From an archaeon (GTDB lineage Archaea > Thermoplasmatota > Thermoplasmata > WALJ01), in contig JAJRVK010000073.1 in assembly GCA_024277315.1 (NCBI GenBank), positions 1 to 34,238 of the forward strand: 34,238 bases of DNA. Reading direction: 5' to 3'. Shown here in pieces: positions 26,839 through 33,904 of this stretch. The number at the start of each line of letters is the position of its first letter. The first letter of the stretch is position 1. Below the pieces are notes generated by a model that saw nothing but the letters and a program-made list of their open reading frames with translations, did no database searches and was not told where the DNA came from. The position numbers and the translations under genes were made by a program.

Positions 26839-27621
26839 GTGAGAATCGCTCTGAAGTTTGCCTATGACGGTACGAAATTCCGCGGATATGCCAGACAGTC
26901 GGAAGTGAAAACCGTAGAAGGGGAGATACTCAGAGCTCTTGATAAGATAGGCGCAAGGCACCTAAGGTTCAGATGCGCAAGCAGGACCGACAAAGGCGTG
27001 AGCGCTCTCGGGAATGTCATAGCCTTCGATACCAATTTCAGAGCCGAAGAGATATGCTCCGCCCTCAACGCAAATCTCGAAGACATCTATTTTTTCGGAT
27101 ATGCAAGGGCACCTCTGGAATTCAATCCGAGATATGCCGAGGAGCGCTGGTACAGATATCATCTGCACGGAAGGCACGATATATCTCTTTTCGGAAAAAT
27201 CGCCGACCTCTTTGTGGGAGAACATGATTTCTCATCCTTCGCGCGCATGGAAGAAGGCCGGAACCCGATAAGAAAGGTGAAAGCGGTGAGCATATCGAAG
27301 GAGGATGATTTCACAACGATAGACATAAAGGCGCAGAGCTTTCTGTGGCAGATGGTAAGGAGGATGGTGGGAGCGATGCTCTCCGTGGAAAAGGGAGATA
27401 GAACCATAGAAGACGTAGAGAGAGCAATAAACGGAGAGAGAATAATCTTCGGCATAGCGCCTCCGGAACCGCTGTTCCTGATGGATGTGAGATACAGTAA
27501 GCTCGATTTCATGGATATTGGGCCACCGGAAAGAGTGGAGGATATGAGGAAGAGCACTCTTCTGAAGCTCAGGTTCCTGGAATATCTGATCGGTCGAAAA
27601 ACCCCTCCGAAATCCCGTTAG
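26839..27621 (+). CDS. truA: tRNA pseudouridine synthase A family (TruA/Pus1)
   Basis: 260-aa ORF. IALKFAYDGTKFRGYARQ and catalytic RTDKGVSALGNV. GTG start. An AT-rich TATA-like stretch lies at 26805-26820. Confidence 0.88.
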   Translation: MRIALKFAYDGTKFRGYARQSEVKTVEGEILRALDKIGARHLRFRCASRTDKGVSALGNVIAFDTNFRAEEICSALNANLEDIYFFGYARAPLEFNPRYAEERWYRYHLHGRHDISLFGKIADLFVGEHDFSSFARMEEGRNPIRKVKAVSISKEDDFTTIDIKAQSFLWQMVRRMVGAMLSVEKGDRTIEDVERAINGERIIFGIAPPEPLFLMDVRYSKLDFMDIGPPERVEDMRKSTLLKLRFLEYLIGRKTPPKSR

Positions 27622-27662
27622 CAATCCCAAAACTAATTTAAACCATGTGTATATGGGCATTC

Positions 27663-28175
27663 ATGACCGTCGCAGAAAGAACAGTAAGGCCGGAACTGGA
27701 CGAGTACTTCATGATGATGGCAGTTCTCGTGGCATCACGTTCCACATGCATAAGGAGAAAGGTCGGAGCCGTAATAGTCAAGGACAAAAGGGTGCTCAGC
27801 ACGGGATACAACGGACCGCCGAAAGGAATGAAGCACTGCGATGAAACGGGCTGTCTCAGGGAAAAACTGAATGTCCCGTCCGGACAAAGACACGAGCTGT
27901 GCAGAGGATTGCATGCTGAGCAGAATGCAGTGATACAGGCGGCGGTCTTCGGTACGAGCATAGAGGGTGCCGCCATATACGTAACCAATCACCCGTGCAG
28001 TGTCTGTACGAAGATACTGATAAATGCCGGAATAAAGGAGATAGTTTACGGAGAGTACTATCACGACGAGCTTGCCGAGCAGATTCTGGCGGAATCTGGT
28101 GTGAAGGTAAGACAGTTCAAGGCACCGGAGTGGAGGGACTTTGAGAAATACCTCGCTGGGCTGCACGGGTTCTAA
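27663..28175 (+). CDS. dCMP deaminase (ComEB/CMP-dCMP deaminase zinc-binding family)
   Basis: [23 protein letters not shown] and PCSVCTK zinc motifs. The ATG at 27663 is 25 nt after AATTTAAA (27631-27638). The ORF track starts at 27645. Confidence 0.85.
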   Translation: MTVAERTVRPELDEYFMMMAVLVASRSTCIRRKVGAVIVKDKRVLSTGYNGPPKGMKHCDETGCLREKLNVPSGQRHELCRGLHAEQNAVIQAAVFGTSIEGAAIYVTNHPCSVCTKILINAGIKEIVYGEYYHDELAEQILAESGVKVRQFKAPEWRDFEKYLAGLHGF

Positions 28176-28176
28176 C

Positions 28177-28641
28177 TTATCCTCTTATGCACCTTCCAAT
28201 ATTTAACGATTTTTTAACATGTCTAATATACACTTCCATATCTCCAAGTTTTTTCTTTATATCTTCGCTTTTAGGTATTGGCGCAGATCCATGACTTATA
28301 ATGATTGCAATCCAAATAAAATTAACGTTATGTGCCTTGTTTATTATTTTTTTCTTAGTCTCTACTATTTGCTCAACAGCATCATTTATCATGTTTCCTT
28401 TTATTTCGACCAGCCCTATTCTGGTATCTGTCTTTTTATAATACACCAATAAATCACAAACGCGCCCTCCTCCAGATTTTTGATTAAATTTACAGTCTTT
28501 ATTTTTTTGATTATCTATGCTGAAAAACTCTACAGTTTCTCCAGTTTGAACATCCATCGTAACAACAATTTTTTCCTTAAACCGAGTTTTAGGAATCAAG
28601 CAGCCATCCAGAAGTTCGCCTAAAAAGTATGTTAAAGACAC
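28177..28641 (-). CDS. 154-aa protein with a PD-(D/E)xK-like nuclease motif (hypothetical)
   Basis: GTG start, 4 nt after the SD AAGGTGGT, which directly follows the upstream TAA. Motif ...GGGRVCD63LLVYYKKTDTRIGLVE79IK81G (D-x15-E-x-K) sits in a beta-strand-like context. I recognise no named family. Confidence 0.6.
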   Translation of the reverse strand: MSLTYFLGELLDGCLIPKTRFKEKIVVTMDVQTGETVEFFSIDNQKNKDCKFNQKSGGGRVCDLLVYYKKTDTRIGLVEIKGNMINDAVEQIVETKKKIINKAHNVNFIWIAIIISHGSAPIPKSEDIKKKLGDMEVYIRHVKKSLNIGRCIRG

Positions 28642-28652
28642 ACTACCACCTT

Positions 28653-29972
28653 TTAAATTTTAAAATAGATATCGGATATTCTATCACTTATTTTCGAAAA
28701 AGTCTCCCAGTTTATCGTGATTTCTTTTCTATCAAGTATATCTTTAACTTTTCCTTCTTTGGTAAACTCATATACTGCAACTTTGTTGGGTGAAATGAAA
28801 GCTTTCTTGTCTTTTAAGAAGAACAGTTCCTGTATTTCTTCTTTCTTTTTAGATTTTGATGCGGCCATGAGATTAATTAGGTGATCTACAATGTAGGGGG
28901 TATGGGTTGTTATTATAAAGTGTGCGCCATCGTTTACAAGCATGGAGATAAATTCCATGAATTTTACTTGGGCCTCTGGATGGAGATTCATTGCAGGTTC
29001 ATCTATGATGAATAATTTGTTTTTATAGCCATAATTCCTTATATAAAGATAAAATATGGATAAAGCCTTTACTAATGAAGATGTCGCATGAATCTTCAGA
29101 TTTCCATCTTTAAAATAATATTTGATTTCGTTTCCTAAATCTCCCTTTTCAGTATCTATCTCTCCAGATAGTATTTCTTTCTCGAATATATCTATAAGCT
29201 TTTTCTTCTTTGTGGAAGAGTCAAAATTTTTCAAATCACCGACTAAACTGATATAATCCCTGATTGGCTTAGGATATTTGGGTATCTTTTCTTTATTTAT
29301 ATCTATATTTTTAAAATATCTATAAACTAGTAAATCACTCATATATGAAAGAGAAGTTCTCTCCGAAGGAAATATCTTAATATCTTTATATATCGATGTA
29401 TGAATCTCTGCTATTATGAGAAAATCTAAGAAAAATGCAGCAGCTTTCTTATTTTTAGAACCGCACAAGATGATTTTAAAGGAATCTTTAACTTTTTTTA
29501 ACTTTTTGCTTGTAAGGGGATCTATGCGCATCATAGTGTCGGATTCAAAAGTTATTCTTTTTTCTTCCCTAAAAAAGTTTTCTTTGACTTTGGTATTGAG
29601 GTTAGTAATATGGACTTTTGCACCTTTCTTCTCTTTATCTAAAAACATGAAATTATTAAAATACAATTCAAAATTATCAGAGATATATTTTTCAAAATCA
29701 AGTTTTTCAAAAACTTTTTCAGCATTAATACTAAAACAACCTTCTTCCTCTTCTATCAATTCTTTATCAAAATAATCAGTATATTTTTTATAATTATATT
29801 CATTTATAAATTCTTTTAGCATTTCAAAAGATGCTGCTACAGAATAAGCAGCCCACGTTTTCCCCGTATTGTTTGGACCTATGAATATTGTGAGAGGCTT
29901 TAATTCAATTTCTGCCTCTTTTATAGGACCAAGATTGGATATCGAAATTTTAAGGTCTTTTCTTTTACCCAT
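28653..29972 (-). CDS. ABC/SMC-like AAA ATPase (AAA_15/AAA_21, COG1106-like class)
   Basis: 439-aa ORF. N-terminal ISNLGPIKEAEIELKPLTIFIGPNNTGKTW (Walker A GPNNTGKT, nt 29856-29879). A long low-complexity insertion. Signature-like HATSSLVKAL. Walker B/D-loop KLFIIDEPAMNLHPEAQ (nt ~28981-29020). H-loop FIITTHTPYIV. Confidence 0.85.
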   Translation of the reverse strand: MGKRKDLKISISNLGPIKEAEIELKPLTIFIGPNNTGKTWAAYSVAASFEMLKEFINEYNYKKYTDYFDKELIEEEEGCFSINAEKVFEKLDFEKYISDNFELYFNNFMFLDKEKKGAKVHITNLNTKVKENFFREEKRITFESDTMMRIDPLTSKKLKKVKDSFKIILCGSKNKKAAAFFLDFLIIAEIHTSIYKDIKIFPSERTSLSYMSDLLVYRYFKNIDINKEKIPKYPKPIRDYISLVGDLKNFDSSTKKKKLIDIFEKEILSGEIDTEKGDLGNEIKYYFKDGNLKIHATSSLVKALSIFYLYIRNYGYKNKLFIIDEPAMNLHPEAQVKFMEFISMLVNDGAHFIITTHTPYIVDHLINLMAASKSKKKEEIQELFFLKDKKAFISPNKVAVYEFTKEGKVKDILDRKEITINWETFSKISDRISDIYFKI

Positions 29973-29995
29973 GAATGCGCATAAGGTTTATTACC

Positions 29996-30002
29996 TATAT
30001 AT
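29996..30002 (-). promoter_or_regulatory. TATA-like box for the island operon (leaderless-type spacing)
   Basis: The minus strand reads ATATATA GGTAATAAACCTTATGCGCATTC ATG. The box ends 23 nt upstream of the ATPase start codon and no SD is present. Confidence 0.35.
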
Positions 30003-30145
30003 CACTTTTTCAAGTTATGTCTCTTAGTCTTCACCCAGGAGATGATTCTTCGCAATCGATTTCTAAACCCAAAAAAATCGAAAATAAATGTCATTTTACT
30101 TTTAAATCTCCTATAATCCGCTTCTTTTTTCCCATTCTTCTGGCT

Positions 30146-30631
30146 ATGCCTATTGCATATCTCATCCTTTTCTCACCGAATTTTCCGGCCTATGCAGCCA
30201 CAGTCGGCACCTTTTTTTTCGCCTTCGGAACCGGTGAGATATCGGCCATAATCGTGGGCACGGCTCTCGGACTTAATCCGTTCCTGCCCGCGCTCCTAGT
30301 CGCATTCATAGAATCTGATATGTCCCTTTTCATAGCATGGAACTTCGATTACCTGAAAAGAATCCCCAAACTCGGACCTCTAATAGAAAAATACGAGAAA
30401 AAGGCAGAAGATATCCTGTCCGGCCGAAAAGCGCTCCTAGGTGCAGAATTCGCCCTCATATTCTTCATGATGTTCATACCATTTCATGGTACGGGCGCCG
30501 TAACAATGACCATTGCGGGAAGGATTCTGGCTCTGGGTGAAAACAGGACTTGGTTGGCGGTCACCCTCGGAACTCTGACCCGCTCTCTTTTAGTGGCATC
30601 ATTGATTTATCTCGGTCTTCTGACCTTCTGA
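30146..30631 (+). CDS. Small multi-pass membrane protein of unknown function
   Basis: Hydrophobic from MPIAYLILFSPNFPAYAATVGTFFFAFGTGEISAIIVGTALGL... onward, with host-like GC. The ORF-track start at 29975 would add 57 AT-rich codons from the island, so the ATG at 30146 is preferred. Confidence 0.6.
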   Translation: MPIAYLILFSPNFPAYAATVGTFFFAFGTGEISAIIVGTALGLNPFLPALLVAFIESDMSLFIAWNFDYLKRIPKLGPLIEKYEKKAEDILSGRKALLGAEFALIFFMMFIPFHGTGAVTMTIAGRILALGENRTWLAVTLGTLTRSLLVASLIYLGLLTF

Positions 30632-31205
30632 AAACGGCAACAACATCTCTTCCCAGTGTATAAACCCTGTCCGCACCCACATCTTTCAGGTATTTCATGA
30701 GCTCTTTTCTGGTAAATATCCATCTCTTCCTGTTTTCCAGCGGATTTATGCCATCCGCATCACCGAGAAGAGAATCCCAGATTTTTCTGAGAATTCCGGG
30801 CATCCTGACATTAAAAGCGCTCACCGGCTCGATAACAACGACGGTCTCGAATTTCTCTCTCATCCTCTCTATGAGCCGCTTTTCCTGTGGTGTTATGTGG
30901 TGCAGAACATCCACTATCACCCCGACCTCCGCTTTAGGAAATCCGTCACTCATGATGTCTCCGACCACACACCTGTATCCCTTCTTTCGGGCATATCTAA
31001 CAAATCTTTCATTCAGGTCCATGCCACAGTATCTATCCTTTTCGAGATATCTTCCGAGCAGGGCGGGACCGCATCCGGCTTCGAAAACTTTCCTGCCGCC
31101 AGCAATCCTCGCAATCTCCTGGTATCTCCTTTCCAGTTCATTTCCATGCATCGTTTTCAGCATTAATAAGTATAACCTCGGACTACGATACATGAGACTT
31201 TTCAT
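30561..31205 (-). CDS. Class I SAM-dependent methyltransferase
   Basis: 214-aa ORF. Motif I VFEAGCGPALLGRYL and post-I CGMDLNERF, with IVDVLHHI downstream. Confidence 0.8.
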   Translation of the reverse strand: MKSLMYRSPRLYLLMLKTMHGNELERRYQEIARIAGGRKVFEAGCGPALLGRYLEKDRYCGMDLNERFVRYARKKGYRCVVGDIMSDGFPKAEVGVIVDVLHHITPQEKRLIERMREKFETVVVIEPVSAFNVRMPGILRKIWDSLLGDADGINPLENRKRWIFTRKELMKYLKDVGADRVYTLGRDVVAVFRRSEDRDKSMMPLKESGSEFRG

Positions 31206-32319
31206 AGAGTTCCATCACCCGTTCCGAGACCACTCTCCAGTCATATTTGCTCCTCACCATTTTCAGTGATCTCTTTGAGAGTATGCTCCTTTTCTCCTTA
31301 TCGCCCATGAGATCGAGCATGGCTCCGGCCAGTTCTTCGGGCTCCGAAGGTGGGACGAGCAGACCGTACTTCCCTTTTCCGAGTATCTCCTCTATTCCGC
31401 CGACCCTCGTTCCTATGACCGGAGTTCCGGATGCCATTGCCTCCAGGAGGACTATTCCGAACGATTCTCCGAAAGATGACGGCAGAACGAATATGTCGGC
31501 GGAGGAAAACAGAGCATTCATCATCTCGCCGGGAACATATCCCAGAAAATCCACTTTTTCCTCTATTCCGATGGCCTTTGACATGGATCTGAGCACGGGT
31601 TTCAGTTTTCCTTTTCCGGCGATTCTGAGCCTAGCTTCAGGCAGCTCTTCGGCAACTTCTCTGAATGCCAGTAAAAGGGTTAAGAGACCTTTCTTGCCTA
31701 CAAGCCTGCCAACATAGAGGAAGAACGGCGCATCATCGAAATTCATCACGGCTCTGGCCTCCTCTTTTCCCATGCTCCTGAACTTGGACGTGTCCACACC
31801 GTTGGGAATCACCGTGATGGGAATATCTGTGAAATAGGATATGAAGCGCCCAGCGGCCTCGCTGACAGCTATTATTTCGTCCGCCTTTGAGAGCATTATG
31901 CGGTAAACAGGATAGCTGTAACTGAGAGCGCTCCACAGATACTCATAGTCAGGCATGAATGATACCGTATGGGTTGTCAGCACGGTTCTTATTCCCAGAT
32001 CTTTTCCTATGTTTAAGCCGGATAGAGGGGTTCTTGAGAACGCATGATGGGAGTGTATGACATCGAAATCTCCCTTTTTTATCACTTCTTTCATCTCTTT
32101 GGAGGCCCATGGTGACAGGTTCACCCTGAAAAACGGGTCTTTGGGCCCTTTTATAACATGAACCGGGACGCTGACCCGCATCTCTTCCGTCTCCCAGGAA
32201 CTAGTTATTATCTCCACATCCAGACCTTTTCTGACGAGAAATTCTGTAAGCTGACTGACGTGGACGGCAACCCCGCCAGCTCTGGCATTCAGCCATTCCA
32301 CAACCATGGCCACCCTCAT
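31183..32319 (-). CDS. Glycosyltransferase, GT4 family (Glycos_transf_1)
   Basis: 378-aa ORF. GG(V/M)..HV..L N-terminal pattern. C-terminal FVLPSSFGESFGIVLLEAMASGTPVIGTRVGGIEEIL. Confidence 0.9.
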   Translation of the reverse strand: MRVAMVVEWLNARAGGVAVHVSQLTEFLVRKGLDVEIITSSWETEEMRVSVPVHVIKGPKDPFFRVNLSPWASKEMKEVIKKGDFDVIHSHHAFSRTPLSGLNIGKDLGIRTVLTTHTVSFMPDYEYLWSALSYSYPVYRIMLSKADEIIAVSEAAGRFISYFTDIPITVIPNGVDTSKFRSMGKEEARAVMNFDDAPFFLYVGRLVGKKGLLTLLLAFREVAEELPEARLRIAGKGKLKPVLRSMSKAIGIEEKVDFLGYVPGEMMNALFSSADIFVLPSSFGESFGIVLLEAMASGTPVIGTRVGGIEEILGKGKYGLLVPPSEPEELAGAMLDLMGDKEKRSILSKRSLKMVRSKYDWRVVSERVMELYEKSHVS

Positions 32320-33416
32320 TCAAATCTCGCCCCGCAGTTCGGGCATATTATCGCATCGCCCGGAATCTCGGTCCCGCACTCAGGACAGACAAAGACCTCC
32401 TCTACCAGTTTATATCCGCATTTACCGCAGAAAACATCATCTTCCAGAACCATTGTTCCGCAATCGGGGCACCTCAGGAGTGCGCATCCGCACTTCCTGC
32501 AGAACCTATCTCCTTTCCTGACGGTAGCCCCGCATTTAAGACAGATTTCATTTCCCAAAGGCAGCTCTCTGGCAGGTTCGATCGATTCCAGCCCCTCTTT
32601 AACATCCATGTCTATGCTGTCCGATGGCAGAGTCCTTATCGCGCTATCCCCCCTTGCCGTCTCTTCCCCGTTTTCTTCTTTCTCCTCCACAACCTCATCG
32701 AGTCTTATGTATTCGACAACCTCGCCCTCCGCGCTCTTTCTGGCCTTTATCGCCATCGAAAACGCTTTCTCATAGTTTTCAGACTCGAAATGCACTTTTG
32801 CCACCCTCAATATTTCACTGGCCTGCGCTATATCCCTGCCTTCGATACCGGCCTTTTCTATGGCATCTCCGGCCCTCCCCATCTCGAACTTCGCCTGCAG
32901 ATAATATGGGGGAAATTTCTGGAAGGCCTCTTTCGGGTTTTCTTCTTTTTCCGTGGAAGGCGGGGCGTTAAGAATGTCAGTGCCTTCCTGATGCTCTTTG
33001 TTGGCTCTGAGCGCCTCTTCTTTAGCCTCTTTCAGAAGATCTTCCACTCTCGAATAGAGTCGACCTTCCATTGAAATCTCGGCCTGATGAAGAAGCATCT
33101 CAGCCTTTTTGATGTTCACTCCTCTGTCTTCCAGGATTTTAAGCAGGGTTTTCGTGGTGCTTATCGAGCTCTCCAGCTCTTCTTTCATCCTTTTCTTGCT
33201 AACTGGAATGCCTTTTTCGAGGTACTCTCTTCTCTTCTTTCTTATGGCCCGGGCTATAAGTATCGCTATCGTAATCAAAAGAAATCCGACCACTACCAGC
33301 ATCATCAGCACAAGGGAGACATCCATATTTTTCGCAACCCCATCCCACAGGAAGGATAAAAAGATTTCTGTAAAAATTCCATGAAATTCCACTTTTTCCG
33401 CCGTCCAACCCGCCAA
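32316..33416 (-). CDS. Membrane-anchored helical-repeat protein with three C-terminal zinc ribbons
   Basis: TM helix LVLMMLVVVGFLLITIAILIA followed by RAIRKKRRE. A long helical/charged region. Then CLKCG..FCRKCG, CPDCG..FCGKCG and CPECG..ICPNCG. The ORF-track start at 33416 is a TTG. The ATG at 33326 (MDVSLV...) is a likely alternative. The stop overlaps the GT4 start (ATGA). Confidence 0.75.
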   Translation of the reverse strand: MAGWTAEKVEFHGIFTEIFLSFLWDGVAKNMDVSLVLMMLVVVGFLLITIAILIARAIRKKRREYLEKGIPVSKKRMKEELESSISTTKTLLKILEDRGVNIKKAEMLLHQAEISMEGRLYSRVEDLLKEAKEEALRANKEHQEGTDILNAPPSTEKEENPKEAFQKFPPYYLQAKFEMGRAGDAIEKAGIEGRDIAQASEILRVAKVHFESENYEKAFSMAIKARKSAEGEVVEYIRLDEVVEEKEENGEETARGDSAIRTLPSDSIDMDVKEGLESIEPARELPLGNEICLKCGATVRKGDRFCRKCGCALLRCPDCGTMVLEDDVFCGKCGYKLVEEVFVCPECGTEIPGDAIICPNCGARFE

Positions 33417-33455
33417 AAAATGAAGGTTGAGGCAGGTCTGGGGTTTCCCGTGGAC

Positions 33456-33851
33456 CTAGAAACCGGGTCTTATCTTCTTCCTGCTTATCTTTATCCCGCC
33501 GGGTGTAGCCATAAGTATGTTTTTTGCCACTCCGGCAACATCTCCGCCTGTGTCTCTGGCAACGGATTTCAGCTCGCTTATGACTCTCTTCAGCTCCAGA
33601 TCGTCATTTGCCATCATAGTGAAATCCAAGACAAGTATGTTTCCGTTGTAAAGCTCCGATGTCAGTTCGGAAAGATCCTCGTACCTCGATATCTCAGCAA
33701 CTTTTACAACTGATCTCGCACCGCTGAGAGCGGCAGCCTCATCTGCAAATTCCATCTCCGCAAGATCTATGTATTCCCCTGCGGATGCTCTCTCATGCTC
33801 TCTTTTGATCGGAATCATTTTCTTTGTTTTTTTAAGGAATCCACCTACCAT
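33456..33851 (-). CDS. sepF: Cell-division protein SepF homolog (DUF552)
   Basis: 131-aa ORF. VVKVAEISRYEDLSELTSELYNGNILVLDFTMMANDDLELKRVISELKSVARDTGGDVAGVAKNILMATP fits the SepF core pattern. SD AAGGAGG lies 7 nt upstream. Confidence 0.8.
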   Translation of the reverse strand: MVGGFLKKTKKMIPIKREHERASAGEYIDLAEMEFADEAAALSGARSVVKVAEISRYEDLSELTSELYNGNILVLDFTMMANDDLELKRVISELKSVARDTGGDVAGVAKNILMATPGGIKISRKKIRPGF

Positions 33852-33904
33852 TTAAAGGCCTCCTTTGAGTGCTTGCCTACCCCATCATTTTATAGAATAA
33901 AAAC

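Larger units (their letters stand above)
28176..30145. other. AT-rich compositional island (putative horizontally acquired insert) carrying two genes
   Basis: Sampled 60-nt lines inside give 15-35% GC (28261: 21/60, 29401: 17/60, 29641: 9/60). An adjacent flank gives 57% (27901: 34/60). Codon usage switches to AAA/AAT/ATT/TTT-rich. The boundary is abrupt, 1 nt after the dCMP deaminase stop. I see no integrase or transposase. Confidence 0.7.

Noticed and set aside
27663-28175. dCMP deaminase next to the island as a possible nucleotide-depletion defence gene.
   Set aside because: It has host-like GC and codon usage and the normal ~170-aa ComEB architecture, with no extra kinase or sensor domain. 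A housekeeping role is the simpler reading.
29416-29775. 119-aa + strand ORF (and the 77-aa ORF at 28219-28452) inside the island.
   Set aside because: They are antisense to the motif-bearing ATPase and nuclease-like genes. Stop-poor frames are expected in Lys/Phe-rich AT sequence, and there are no start signals.
28170-30066. Possible target-site duplication at the island borders (TTCTAA at 28170-28175 and in GATTTCTAAACC near 30058).
   Set aside because: Only a 6-nt match in AT-rich sequence, which is well within chance. No inverted repeats or att-like core were seen.
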